A stretch of 64,000 nt of DNA, taken from an uncultured Candidatus Rokubacteria bacterium. Its GTDB lineage: Bacteria > Methylomirabilota > Methylomirabilia > Rokubacteriales > CSP1-6. The stretch covers positions 32,001 through 96,000 of the forward strand of contig CAVYTA010000004.1 of the NCBI GenBank assembly GCA_963771355.1, written 5' to 3'. The notes below the pieces were generated by a model. It did not search any database. It saw only the letters and a program-made list of their open reading frames with translations, and was not told the origin of the DNA. Made by a program: the position numbers and the translations under genes. Below are positions 1-10,282 of this stretch, in pieces. Numbering within the stretch: the stretch's first letter is position 1; every line of letters starts with the position of its first letter.

Positions 1-12
1 AACGTCGGCCAG

Positions 13-276
13 ATGCCTGACGAGACACTCTTGCGCGAACAAGCGCACGCTGCTATCCGAAGCGGAAAGTTACCCGCGCGCCGGGCTGATCGCACATGGG
101 GCGGGCCTGGCGTCGGAGCTGCGTGCGCGGTCTGCGCGCTCGCTGTCACGAAAGACCAGATGGAGATCGAGATCGAATTCGTCCACGATGGCGATGCGCC
201 CGGATTGGACAAGTACCACGTCCATGTGCGCTGCTTCGCGGCGTGGGGATTCGAGCGAAACAAGCTCTCCACGTAG
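13..276 (+). CDS. Small hypothetical protein, possible Zn-binding (CxxC...HxxC)
   Basis: 87-aa ORF with WGGPG, CAVC and HVRCFAAW motifs. Confidence 0.7.
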   Translation: MPDETLLREQAHAAIRSGKLPARRADRTWGGPGVGAACAVCALAVTKDQMEIEIEFVHDGDAPGLDKYHVHVRCFAAWGFERNKLST

Positions 277-394
277 AGGGGCCTGCGGCCGAGCGGGCGT
301 GCTACCCCTCTCTTTCCCAGGGTGAGATTGATCGGCTACCAGCCCTTGGTTCGCGCGCGGCCGGCGTGCGAAAGAATCAAGCGCGAGTGCGACA

Positions 395-859
395 TTACCC
401 GGTCGGATGAAGCTCGCCGGGCTTGCGCATCATCTTATCGACCTCGGCGATATGCTGCTCCTCGAGGGTGATCTGTTCCCGGGCGTACTCTTCAAGCCAC
501 ACGCTCTTGTCCACTACGAGCGCGAGCAGGTTGTAGTACTCGCGAAGTGTAGCGCGCTCGTGATCCAACGCTTCACTCAGAATCTGGGTGATGTCATGTT
601 TGTGGGACTCGACCAGTTTGCCGATGTTGAGGGAAGGATGTCCGCCAAGCGACGTTACATGTTCGCCGGCCATGGCCGCATGGTTCATGCCCTCCGTGGC
701 TTGGTTGCGCATCCAGCTGATGATCGGAATGCGCGCGTGGCCGAAGACCATCAGCGAATAATGCAGGTAGCGCACTACGCCAGCGAGCTCAAGCTCCAGG
801 ATAGTATTGAGACTACGGATGACTTTCTGAGAATCGATCTTGTCGTGGTCACTGAGCAT
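395..859 (-). CDS. Bacterioferritin/ferritin-like protein
   Basis: LNTILELELAGVVRYLHYS, LGGHP, EEQH four-helix motifs; AGGAGG RBS before ATG 859. Confidence 0.85.
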   Translation of the reverse strand: MLSDHDKIDSQKVIRSLNTILELELAGVVRYLHYSLMVFGHARIPIISWMRNQATEGMNHAAMAGEHVTSLGGHPSLNIGKLVESHKHDITQILSEALDHERATLREYYNLLALVVDKSVWLEEYAREQITLEEQHIAEVDKMMRKPGELHPTG

Positions 860-928
860 GGTGTCCTCCTTGGTTGCGGATTCTCCATCCAAGATTACCC
901 CCTCTAATGACCCGAGCGCACCGTTGGA

Positions 929-1282
929 TCAGCGCGCGCCGTTGGCGAACTCGCTTTCCTGGATGAAGCGCCAGCCTGCGCGCTCCGCCGCGCCCTGGTC
1001 GTCGCTGGAACCGGAAACACCGAAGATGTTACCGACCATCACGTAGTCATCTCCCGGAATGTACTGCCGCAGCTGGCGCAAGAAGTCGTGCTTCTCGATG
1101 CCGCAGGGCCCCACGAACGAGCAGAAGTGGTGCCAGCCCGGATGGTGCAGGGTCACCATCGCCCAGTTCCCACAGAGGCCGATGATATGGCCGTGCTCGC
1201 GCAGCTTGACGAGATCGACCAGCTTCACCGGTCCCTCGCTGACCTCCAGTGTCTCGTCCACGTCGAACGCGTACACCACCAT
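929..1282 (-). CDS. Small HAD-like hydrolase
   Basis: N-terminal AFDVDETL (DxDxT) and C-terminal MVGN...SDD motifs; GGAGG RBS. Confidence 0.7.
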   Translation of the reverse strand: MVVYAFDVDETLEVSEGPVKLVDLVKLREHGHIIGLCGNWAMVTLHHPGWHHFCSFVGPCGIEKHDFLRQLRQYIPGDDYVMVGNIFGVSGSSDDQGAAERAGWRFIQESEFANGAR

Positions 1283-1434
1283 GGCGACGTCCTCCCGACG
1301 CAGTCCTGCGTCAACCCGAGGCGACCCTCCGCTCCAACTTCCTGCTTGACCAGGGATTCGGCAGCGTTGTACCAAGCAGACATCGAACGAGGGGGTGCGT
1401 CCACCCGTTATTCCAGGGCCAAGCAGAGGAGAGC

Positions 1435-1908
1435 ATGATGGCACACAAGTTCCTGCGACTGTTCGCCCTGTTCGCGCTGCTGGGACTCGTCACCGCCGGC
1501 GCCGCCGCCGCCCAGGATTGCAGTGGAACCATCACCGCCGACGAGGCGATGAAGGCGGAGACCGCGCGCTACGTCGCGCAAACCGCGAACGACTTCGCGG
1601 CGATGGAGAAGCTGTTCGGCAACGATCTCACGTACAACCACTCCTCTGCCGCCACCGACGACAAGGCGAAGTACATCGACGGCATGCGCTCGGGCCGTAC
1701 GAAGTACCGCACGATGACGCCGAACAGCGACGTGAAGGCGCGCACGTATGGCTGCATCGCGATCATCACCGGGACCGCGGTCTACGAGGTGACGTCGGCC
1801 GGCCAGGATCGCACGGTGCCGCTGCGCTTCACCGCGATCTGGGCGAAGCGGCCGTCCGGGCTCGAGTTCGTGTCGTGGCAGTCGACCGGCATTCCCCCGA
1901 GACAGTAG
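1435..1908 (+). CDS. Exported NTF2-like (DUF4440/SnoaL-like) protein
   Basis: Signal peptide, LTYNHSS and C-terminal WQST motifs; GAGGAG RBS. Confidence 0.8.
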   Translation: MMAHKFLRLFALFALLGLVTAGAAAAQDCSGTITADEAMKAETARYVAQTANDFAAMEKLFGNDLTYNHSSAATDDKAKYIDGMRSGRTKYRTMTPNSDVKARTYGCIAIITGTAVYEVTSAGQDRTVPLRFTAIWAKRPSGLEFVSWQSTGIPPRQ

Positions 1909-1959
1909 CCGGCGAGAAGGAGCGGAGGCGCCTCCACCGCGGCGCGGACGTGGTCCGGG

Positions 1960-2727
1960 CTACTTCTTGCCCGGAGTAGCGACTAGGGCGTTGGGCACTC
2001 CCGACCCGGGTAGCGACAGCGCCAGTGGGGGGAGCTTCGCCACGAGCTGTGTCGACGGACCTCCGTCGAGGTTGAGGGCATCCCGGCATCCGAGCCCTCC
2101 CTTGTCAGGCGGGGTGGCAAGGAAGCGTGCGAAGGCGGGAGCTTCGGCCTTCGTCGAAACGACGAGAACGACGACATTCTCCTCGGCGCACACCGCAGTC
2201 CGCTCGGCGATCTGGGGTTTTAACTGCTGGACCTGTCCCCCGACAAGGAGACGGGGGATACCCTGGACGATGAGGCGATGGGCAAGGTGGTCCTGGATCT
2301 CGGCACCGAGCATGATCCGCCCCTTTTTCCCATCAATCACGAGCGCGCCCCAGTTCCGCTGTTTGCTCAGAGCAATCGCTCGACCTTCGTCGACAGCGAG
2401 GCCCATCGCGCGGCCCTCCTTGTCGAAGAAGCTGGCATTGACGGCAACGACAACGGGATAGGGCGCAACGATCTGCGCTACAGTGCGCCGCGCCGGAGGA
2501 TCTCCCGCCGGCGCTAGACGGAGTTCTGCCACCTCGAGGTCGATCTTGAAGGCGTGGCCCGAGAAAGGCTCCGCGTCGACCGGGCGCACGTCGAAAATCG
2601 CGTGTGCGATGCCTGGGGCCACTATCGAAAAGCGCGCCGGCTCCGCTCGAACCGGACTCATCCCAGCGCTACTCACCGCCAGGAGCCCGGCGAAGACGCA
2701 GGGAACGAGGATGAGACGGCCTTTCAT
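1960..2727 (-). CDS. Phosphodiester glycosidase family (NAGPA/DUF2233) protein
   Basis: Signal peptide, VNASFF, ERTAV, ALNLDGGPST, VPNAL motifs. Confidence 0.8.
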   Translation of the reverse strand: MKGRLILVPCVFAGLLAVSSAGMSPVRAEPARFSIVAPGIAHAIFDVRPVDAEPFSGHAFKIDLEVAELRLAPAGDPPARRTVAQIVAPYPVVVAVNASFFDKEGRAMGLAVDEGRAIALSKQRNWGALVIDGKKGRIMLGAEIQDHLAHRLIVQGIPRLLVGGQVQQLKPQIAERTAVCAEENVVVLVVSTKAEAPAFARFLATPPDKGGLGCRDALNLDGGPSTQLVAKLPPLALSLPGSGVPNALVATPGKK

Positions 2728-2776
2728 GGACTTGATTTTGAGGCACCGTGCTGCGCTTTGGCAATTTGTTCTGAGG

Positions 2777-2866
2777 GTGATCGGGCTCTTGACGACGCCG
2801 CGGGGATCGTTCGTCACGGGGACCACGATCCAGGTCGACGGCGGCTCGCGCAGCAACCGGCCGTAG
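2777..2866 (+). pseudogene. C-terminal remnant of an SDR oxidoreductase
   Basis: Translates to LLTTPRGSFVTGTTIQVDGG...stop, the typical SDR C-terminal signature, with no N-terminal part upstream. Confidence 0.55.
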
Positions 2867-2947
2867 AGCTAAGGGGCCCCGGCGCTCAAGCTGCACGGGG
2901 CATGCCGGACTCGTGACGGATTGCTCGGGCGTGCTTCTGAGTGGCCG

Positions 2948-3187
2948 CTACCGTCCCAGCGACAGAAATCCCACGAGCACGGCGCGGAGTGCCACGCGCG
3001 CCCCGAGCGCCCAGCGGACTAGCCGACGGGCGATGGTACGGGACCAGCCTGGCAGGGTGGCGATCCCGAGTGCGGCGGCCACGAAGGGGAGGAGGATGAA
3101 GCCCAACGTCGCGTAGGCGGCGAAGAAGACGACGAGAACGACTCCGGTTAGGATCCGGATTCCGATGCTGCCCGACTCCGTTGCCAT
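2948..3187 (-). CDS. Small hypothetical membrane protein
   Basis: Hydrophobic 79-aa ORF with 2-3 probable TM segments. Confidence 0.45.
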   Translation of the reverse strand: MATESGSIGIRILTGVVLVVFFAAYATLGFILLPFVAAALGIATLPGWSRTIARRLVRWALGARVALRAVLVGFLSLGR

Positions 3188-3365
3188 GGCAACGAGCGTG
3201 CGCACGGCCGCACACTAGCACCCCCAATAGCGCCCGTCCACAATTAAGTTAGGGTCAGGGGGGCATTGTGCTGTAATTCGCCGCAAGGCGCCCAGGAGGG
3301 CGGGGACGGTCACGACTCCGCCGTCACTACCCCGGCGTCACTACCCCAATGAAGGAGGGCTCTCC

Positions 3366-3707
3366 ATGAATCGGATACTCGCCCTGCTGATCACGCTCCT
3401 GTTCCTGGTCGGGTTCGGTGGGCTCCCGGACGCCTTCGCCCAGACCCCGCCCGCCAAGAGCGACGCCAAGCCCGCGGCCAAGCCGGCCACCGAGACCAAG
3501 AAGGACATGGGCAAGCATGAGCCCATCGATATCAACTCGGCATCCGCGGACGAGCTGAAGGGGGTGCCCGGTATCGGGGACGCCTACTCGAAGAAGATCA
3601 TCGACAACCGGCCGTACAAGCGGAAGGACGAGCTGGTCGCGAAGAAGGTCGTGCCGCAGGCCACCTACGACAAGATCAAGGACCACATCATTGCGAAGCA
3701 GAAGTAG
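3366..3707 (+). CDS. ComEA-like helix-hairpin-helix DNA-binding protein
   Basis: Signal peptide, IDINSASADELKGVPGIG HhH motif, RPY; AGGAGG RBS. Confidence 0.9.
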   Translation: MNRILALLITLLFLVGFGGLPDAFAQTPPAKSDAKPAAKPATETKKDMGKHEPIDINSASADELKGVPGIGDAYSKKIIDNRPYKRKDELVAKKVVPQATYDKIKDHIIAKQK

Positions 3708-3755
3708 CGGGGCGAACCCGAAGTAAGGGGGGCGAAGCCCAAGTAGCGGAAGCCG
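3702..3755. repeat. Three degenerate ~20-bp direct repeats with small GCGAA-loop hairpins between convergent genes
   Basis: AAGTAGCGGGGCGAACCCG / AAGTAAGGGGGGCGAAGCCC / AAGTAGCGGAAGCCG. Confidence 0.45.
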
Positions 3756-3776
3756 TCTCGCCGCCTGGCCGGTCGG

Positions 3777-5006
3777 TCAGCCCCCGGCCTTGGCGGCGGG
3801 CGCGCCCGCCTGGGCGGGCTGCCCATTGCCCGACCCCTCGGCGGCGCAGGCGTCGGCATGGCCCGCGCGGTGGATGGACAGGTCCTTGATGGTCGGGCTG
3901 GTCCCGCAGAGCGGGCAGTTCGGATCGCGCCGCAGCTTCACCTCGCGGAAGCGCATGCCGAGCGCGTCGTAGGTCATCAGCCGGCCGATCAGTGGCTCGC
4001 CGATTCCCAGCAGCACCTTGATCGCCTCGGTGGCCTGTACCACTCCGATGATGCCTGGGAGCACGCCCAGGACGCCGGCCTCGCTTCAGGAGGGCACCAG
4101 CCCCGGGGGGGGCGGGGTCGGATAGAGGCAGCGATAGCACGGCCCCTGATTCGGGGCGAAGACGCTGGCCATGCCCTCGAACTGGAAGATCGAGCCGTGG
4201 ATATTGGTCTTCCCCGCCAGATAGCACGCGTCGTTCATGAGATAGCGCGTGTCGAAGTTGTCCGAGCCGTCCACCACCAGGTCGTAGTCCTTGATGATGT
4301 CCATCACGTTGTCCACCTCGATGCGGGTGGGCAGCGGGATGACGTTCACGTCGGGATTCAACGCGCGAATGGCCTCCATGCCGGACTCGACCTTGGGGCG
4401 CCCGACGCTGGCGGTGGTGTGGAGGATCTGGCGCTGGAGATTCGACACGTCCACCACGTCCCCGTCCATGAGCCCGAGGGTGCCCACGCCGGCGGCGGCC
4501 AGGTAGAGCGCGGTCGGGGAGCCGAGACCGCCCGCGCCGATGAGCAGCACCTTGGAGCGGAGCAGCTTGCGCTGGCCCTTCTCGCCCACCTGCGGGAGGA
4601 GGAAGTGGCGGCTATAGCGCTGGATCTGCTCCGTGGTGAGCGGCTTGTCCTTGGCCACGGGCAGGCCGGACTGCGCCCACTTCTGGAAGCCGCCCTGCAG
4701 GTTGATGACGTTCTCGTAGCCAAGCTCCTTGAGCTGGCGTGCGGCGAGCATGGACCGCAGACCGGTCTGGCAGTAGAGCACGAGCGGGGTGGTGGGCTCG
4801 GGCGCCACGGTGCCGATGCGGAACTCGAGGAAGCCGCGGCTGATATTCGCCGCGTCCTCGATATGGCCGTCACGGTACTCGTCGGGATCCCGCACGTCCA
4901 CGACCACCACGGGCTCGCCGGCGTCGAGCCGGCGCTTGAGATCGGCCGGCCCCTGCTCGGGGACGACCTGGCGGGCCTCTGCCAGCATCTCCTTCAAGGT
5001 CTTCAT
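3777..5006 (-). CDS. moeB: Rhodanese-MoeB/ThiF adenylyltransferase (MoeZ-like), probable selenoprotein (Sec at TGA 4086-4088)
   Basis: Rhodanese CQTGLRS, RYSRH, GAGGLGS, SNLQRQ, CYRC, then PPPPGLVPS-TGA-SEAGVLGVLPGIIG in frame with ORF 3777-4064 (CPLC). Confidence 0.9.
4045..4078 (-). promoter_or_regulatory. Putative bacterial SECIS element
   Basis: CCTGGG-CGTGCT-CCCAGG stem-loop with loop starting 21 nt after the UGA, G in loop position 2, extendable lower stem CCGG/TCGG. Confidence 0.7.
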
Positions 5007-5124
5007 GCCGTAACTCCTCGTTTCTGTGACCGAGTGATGACTTCGTGCTCGTTGTTAAGATTACCGCTATTCCCGGTCGGATGCAGGGAGAATCCCGTCC
5101 CGGCTGTTCCCAGCGCGCCAAGAC

Positions 5125-5133
5125 TGCTATAAT
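5125..5133 (+). promoter_or_regulatory. Extended -10 promoter of rml operon
   Basis: TGCTATAAT 10 nt upstream of the rmlA ATG. Confidence 0.65.
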
Positions 5134-5143
5134 CGGCTGCGAA

Positions 5144-6205
5144 ATGAAAGGGTTAATCCTCTCCGGAGGTCGTGGAACGCGCCTCCGCCCCATCACCTAC
5201 ACCTCCGCCAAGCAGCTCGTCCCGGTCGCCAACAAGCCCATTCTCTTCTACGGCATCGAGGCCCTGGCCGCCTCCGGAATCAGCGAGATCGGCATCGTGG
5301 TGGGCGACACCCACCAGGAGATCCGTGACGCGGTGGGCGACGGCAGCCAGTGGGGCGTGCGGGTGGCCTATATCCAGCAGGAGGCGCCGCTCGGGCTCGC
5401 CCATGCCGTCCTCACCGCCGAGCCCTTCATCGGCACCGACTCCTTCTGCATGTACCTCGGCGACAACCTCATCCGCGAGAAGCTCGCGCCCCTGGTGGAG
5501 CGCTTTCGCGCCGACAAGCCCAACAGCCAGATCCTGCTCGCCCACGTGCCCGACCCCACGCAGTTCGGGGTGGCCGAGCTCAAGGGCGACAAGGTGGTGC
5601 GGCTGGTCGAGAAGCCCAAGGTGCCGCCCTCGGACCTGGCGCTGGTCGGCGTCTACATGTTCGACGCCACCATCTTCCAGGCCGCCAAGGCGATCAAGCC
5701 CTCCGGGCGCGGCGAGCTCGAGATCACGGACGCCATCCAGTGGCTCATCGACACCGGCCATACGGTGCGGCCGCACGTCATCAGCGGCTGGTGGAAGGAC
5801 ACCGGGAAGCTCGAGGACATGCTGGAGGCGAACCGCATCATCCTCGACACGCTGGTGCCGCGCAACGAGGGCACGGTGACGGACTCCGAGCTGCTCGGCA
5901 AGGTGGTGGTGGAGGCGGGCGCCCGCATCGTCCGGAGCACCGTCCGGGGGCCGGCCATCGTGGGCAAGGGCGCGGTGATCGAGAATGCCTACGTGGGGCC
6001 GTTCACCTCCATCGGGGACGGCGTGATCGTCCGCGAGAGCGAGGTCGAGCACTCCATCCTCCTCGAGGGCTCGCGCATCGTGGACGTGGGCGGGCGCATC
6101 GAGTCCAGCCTGATCGGGCGCAACGCCGCCATCTACCGCACGCAGACCAAGCCGCGCTCGTTCACCTTCATGCTGGGTGACCGCAGCGAGGTGGGCCTCG
6201 TCTGA
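5144..6205 (+). CDS. rmlA: Glucose-1-phosphate thymidylyltransferase (long form)
   Basis: MKGLILSGGRGTRLRPIT...KQL, RGELEITDA, C-terminal hexapeptide-like region. Confidence 0.95.
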   Translation: MKGLILSGGRGTRLRPITYTSAKQLVPVANKPILFYGIEALAASGISEIGIVVGDTHQEIRDAVGDGSQWGVRVAYIQQEAPLGLAHAVLTAEPFIGTDSFCMYLGDNLIREKLAPLVERFRADKPNSQILLAHVPDPTQFGVAELKGDKVVRLVEKPKVPPSDLALVGVYMFDATIFQAAKAIKPSGRGELEITDAIQWLIDTGHTVRPHVISGWWKDTGKLEDMLEANRIILDTLVPRNEGTVTDSELLGKVVVEAGARIVRSTVRGPAIVGKGAVIENAYVGPFTSIGDGVIVRESEVEHSILLEGSRIVDVGGRIESSLIGRNAAIYRTQTKPRSFTFMLGDRSEVGLV

Positions 6206-6741
6206 TGAATCTCGGCGACGCCGCCAAGCGCGCGTACGCGCTGCAGGACTACTCGCCCTCGGCGGCCATCCCCGGTGTCGAGATCGTGGACCTCAAGCGC
6301 TTCGCCGACGACGGCGGGGCCCTCATCGAGCTGGGGCGGCTGACCGCGGGCGCCCACGCGGCCTTCCGCGGCTTCGAGGTCAAGCAGGTCAACTACACCG
6401 AGATGGATCCCGGCGTGATCAAGGCCTTCCATCTCCACCGCCGGCAGACCGACGTCTGGTTCGTCCCTCCGGGCGACCGCATGCTGCTGGTGCTGCTGGA
6501 CGCCCGTGCCGGCTCCCCCACCGAGAACGCGGCGCGCCGCCTCATCCTCGGCGATGCGTCGTCCCGGCTGGTGCGCATCCCGCCCGGGGTGGCCCACGGG
6601 GTGCGCAACCTCGCGAGCACGCGCGGCCGCATCATCTACTTCGTGGACACCCACTTCTCGCCGGATCCCGACACCTCCGACGAGGGCCGCCTGCCGTGGG
6701 ATCATGCCGGCGCCGATATCTGGGAGCCCGTGCGCGGCTGA
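6205..6741 (+). CDS. rmlC: dTDP-4-dehydrorhamnose 3,5-epimerase family protein
   Basis: KAFHLH, IPPGVAHG cupin motifs; coupled to rmlA. Confidence 0.85.
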   Translation: MNLGDAAKRAYALQDYSPSAAIPGVEIVDLKRFADDGGALIELGRLTAGAHAAFRGFEVKQVNYTEMDPGVIKAFHLHRRQTDVWFVPPGDRMLLVLLDARAGSPTENAARRLILGDASSRLVRIPPGVAHGVRNLASTRGRIIYFVDTHFSPDPDTSDEGRLPWDHAGADIWEPVRG

Positions 6742-7765
<1,024 letters not shown>

Positions 7766-7770
7766 CGAGC

Positions 7771-8814
7771 ATGCGGACCCCCCCGCCGCTCGCTCGTTTG
7801 CTGCTCCTGCTGCTCCTCCTGCTCGTCCCGGTGGGCCTCGCCGCCGCGCCGCGGGGCACCTCGCCCCGGCCGGACCTGCCGCCCGTGGACGGCACCCCCG
7901 CCTTCGCCCGGCGCGCGGCGCCGGCCATGGTGGGGCTCCGGGTGGAGGCCTCGCCGGACGCGCCCTCCTCCGCGAATCTGGGCACGGAGCGCGCGGGCTC
8001 GGCGGTGATCTTCGACCCCGCCGGCTACGCACTCAGCGTGAGCTACCTCCTTCTCGACGCCGAGCGCATCGAGGTGACCCTGCGCGCCGGCCTGACCGTG
8101 CCTGCCCGGCTGGTGGGGCTCGACCTCGAGACCGGGCTCGGCGTGATCAAGCTCAGCTGGGTTGGCCCCTGGCCCGCCGCGCCCCTCGGCGACTCGACTC
8201 GGGTGAAGGTCGGCGACGGGGCGGGGACCCTGGGCGTGGGCGACGGCGGGGAGCTCGTGGCCGTCGAGGCCCGCGTGCAGGGGGTGCAGCGCTACATCGC
8301 CGCGTGGGAGTACATGCTCGATCGCGCCTTCGTGGTGTCGCCCGCCAATCCGGCCTTCGGCGGCGGCGCCCTGGTCGACGGCACCGGCGCCGTGGTCGGC
8401 ATCACCTCGCTCCGTCTGGGCGAGCGCCCCTTCACCAACCTCGTCATCCCCATCGAAAAATTCCTGGCCGGCCGGGATGAGCTGCTCGCCACCGGCCGCG
8501 TGTCGAGCCGCGGCGCCCGGTCCTGGCTGGGGCTCTACACGGACACCCTCGCCGGGCGCGGCGTGGTGGTGCTCGGCGTGAATCCCATCGGCCCCGCCGG
8601 GCCGGCCGGTTTTCGCCGCGGCGACATCATCCTCACCATCGCCGGCCGGGCGGTGGCGAGCCAGGAGGAGTTCTACACGCGTCTCTGGGAGACCCGGATC
8701 GGCGAGCCCGTCGAGGTCCTGGTACAGCGCGAGTCGGGGCGCGCCACGCTCACGGTGCGCCCGGCGGATCGCTACCGCCTGTATCGGACCACCGAAGGCG
8801 GGGAACCACGATAG
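7771..8814 (+). CDS. Exported S1C/HtrA-like protease-fold protein with PDZ domain
   Basis: Signal peptide, GSAVIF, LGDS, GGALVD, C-terminal PDZ (GFRRGDII). Confidence 0.8.
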   Translation: MRTPPPLARLLLLLLLLLVPVGLAAAPRGTSPRPDLPPVDGTPAFARRAAPAMVGLRVEASPDAPSSANLGTERAGSAVIFDPAGYALSVSYLLLDAERIEVTLRAGLTVPARLVGLDLETGLGVIKLSWVGPWPAAPLGDSTRVKVGDGAGTLGVGDGGELVAVEARVQGVQRYIAAWEYMLDRAFVVSPANPAFGGGALVDGTGAVVGITSLRLGERPFTNLVIPIEKFLAGRDELLATGRVSSRGARSWLGLYTDTLAGRGVVVLGVNPIGPAGPAGFRRGDIILTIAGRAVASQEEFYTRLWETRIGEPVEVLVQRESGRATLTVRPADRYRLYRTTEGGEPR

Positions 8815-8869
8815 GCGCGCGGGCACGCAGAGATAGGCGGACGGGTCTCAACTGGAGTAGCCTTTAGCC

Positions 8870-10273
8870 ATGCAAGGCATCGACACCTATCAGGGTCGCG
8901 GCCTGATCGCGGACCCCATTCACCGGTACATCCTCTACACGCGCCCGGACGGTCGGCCCGGCGAGGCGACCGAGCAGGACCTGATCGACTCCCCCTGGAT
9001 GCAGCGCCTCCGGCGCGTGCCGCAGCTGCAGTCGGCGCGGTGGGTGTTCCCCGCCGCCGAGCATAGCCGCTTCCAGCACTCCCTCGGCGCCATGCACCTG
9101 GCCGGCCGCTTCGCCCAGCAGCTGTATCCCTCGCTGCGGGCCGAGTTCACCGACGCGCCGTCCGCGCCGCTCTTCGAGGAGCTGCTGCGCATGGCCGGGC
9201 TGCTGCACGACATCGGGCACGGCCCCTTCGGCCACTTCTTCGACGACAACTTCCTCGCCGACTACGAGCTCACCCACGAGATCCTGGGCCAGCGCATCAT
9301 CCGGGAAGAGCTTGCCGAGCTCATCCGCGGCCTGCGCCGGAGCCCGGAGGGGCCGTTCGCGCCCGGCGAGGCCATCGATCCCGACTGGATCTGCTACCTG
9401 ATGGGCAAGGACCGCACCCGGCCGGAGCCGGGGCACCCGCGCTGGCTGGCCCATCTCAAGCCGTTGCTGTCCGGGATCTACACCGCGGACAACATGGACT
9501 ACGTGCTCCGCGACTCGTACATGTGCGGGGTGGCGGTGGGGCCGATCGACGTCGAGCGGATCATGTATTACTCGTTCTTCAGCGACAAGGGCCTCACCCT
9601 CGATCGCGGCGGCATCCAGGCCTTCATCATGTTCCTCAACGCGCGCTTCTACATGTACACCAACGTGTACTACCACCGGACCACCCGCGGCATCGACCTG
9701 CACCTCAAGGAGATTTTCCGGCCCACCATGCTGGAGGTGTTCCCGCACGACCTGCGGGAAGACCTGGGCCCCTATCTCCACCTCACCGAGTGGACGCTCC
9801 TCGAGGAGGTCGCGCGCTGGACGGATTCCGAGAAGCCGGAGCGCCGCGAGCTCGCGCGGGAGTGGCGCCAGATCCTCGACCGCCGGCTGCGCTGGCGGAT
9901 GGCACACGAGGTGGTGCTCGACCTCTTCGAGCCGCGCCGGGGTCAGGCGTTCATGGCCGCCGAGGAGGTCGAGAAGCGCGTGTACGAGCACCTGCCTCCC
10001 GCGCTCCGGAACATCCCGTTCAAGGTCGACATGGCGCTCCAGGACCCGCGACCGCTCAACCCGCTCAAGATGAGCGACCGGCAGATCTACGTGTACGACT
10101 CCGCCTCCCGGACGGTGTCCGCGGAGCCGCTGGTGGAGCTGCTCAAGTACCTCCCCGGCAAGGTCGCCCAGTGCCGCATCTTCGCCACCACTCACGAGCA
10201 CGATCACCTTCTCGCCACCGCGCTGGAGGCCGCGCTCAGCGAAGAGCGTCCCGCGCACTCCACCAATCTCTAG
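8870..10273 (+). CDS. HD-domain phosphohydrolase (SAMHD1/dNTPase-like)
   Basis: DPIH, QRLRRVPQL, HSRFQHSLG, LLHDIGHGPFGH, DNMDYVLRD, VYYHR. Confidence 0.92.
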   Translation: MQGIDTYQGRGLIADPIHRYILYTRPDGRPGEATEQDLIDSPWMQRLRRVPQLQSARWVFPAAEHSRFQHSLGAMHLAGRFAQQLYPSLRAEFTDAPSAPLFEELLRMAGLLHDIGHGPFGHFFDDNFLADYELTHEILGQRIIREELAELIRGLRRSPEGPFAPGEAIDPDWICYLMGKDRTRPEPGHPRWLAHLKPLLSGIYTADNMDYVLRDSYMCGVAVGPIDVERIMYYSFFSDKGLTLDRGGIQAFIMFLNARFYMYTNVYYHRTTRGIDLHLKEIFRPTMLEVFPHDLREDLGPYLHLTEWTLLEEVARWTDSEKPERRELAREWRQILDRRLRWRMAHEVVLDLFEPRRGQAFMAAEEVEKRVYEHLPPALRNIPFKVDMALQDPRPLNPLKMSDRQIYVYDSASRTVSAEPLVELLKYLPGKVAQCRIFATTHEHDHLLATALEAALSEERPAHSTNL

Positions 10274-10282
10274 CGAGGGAAT

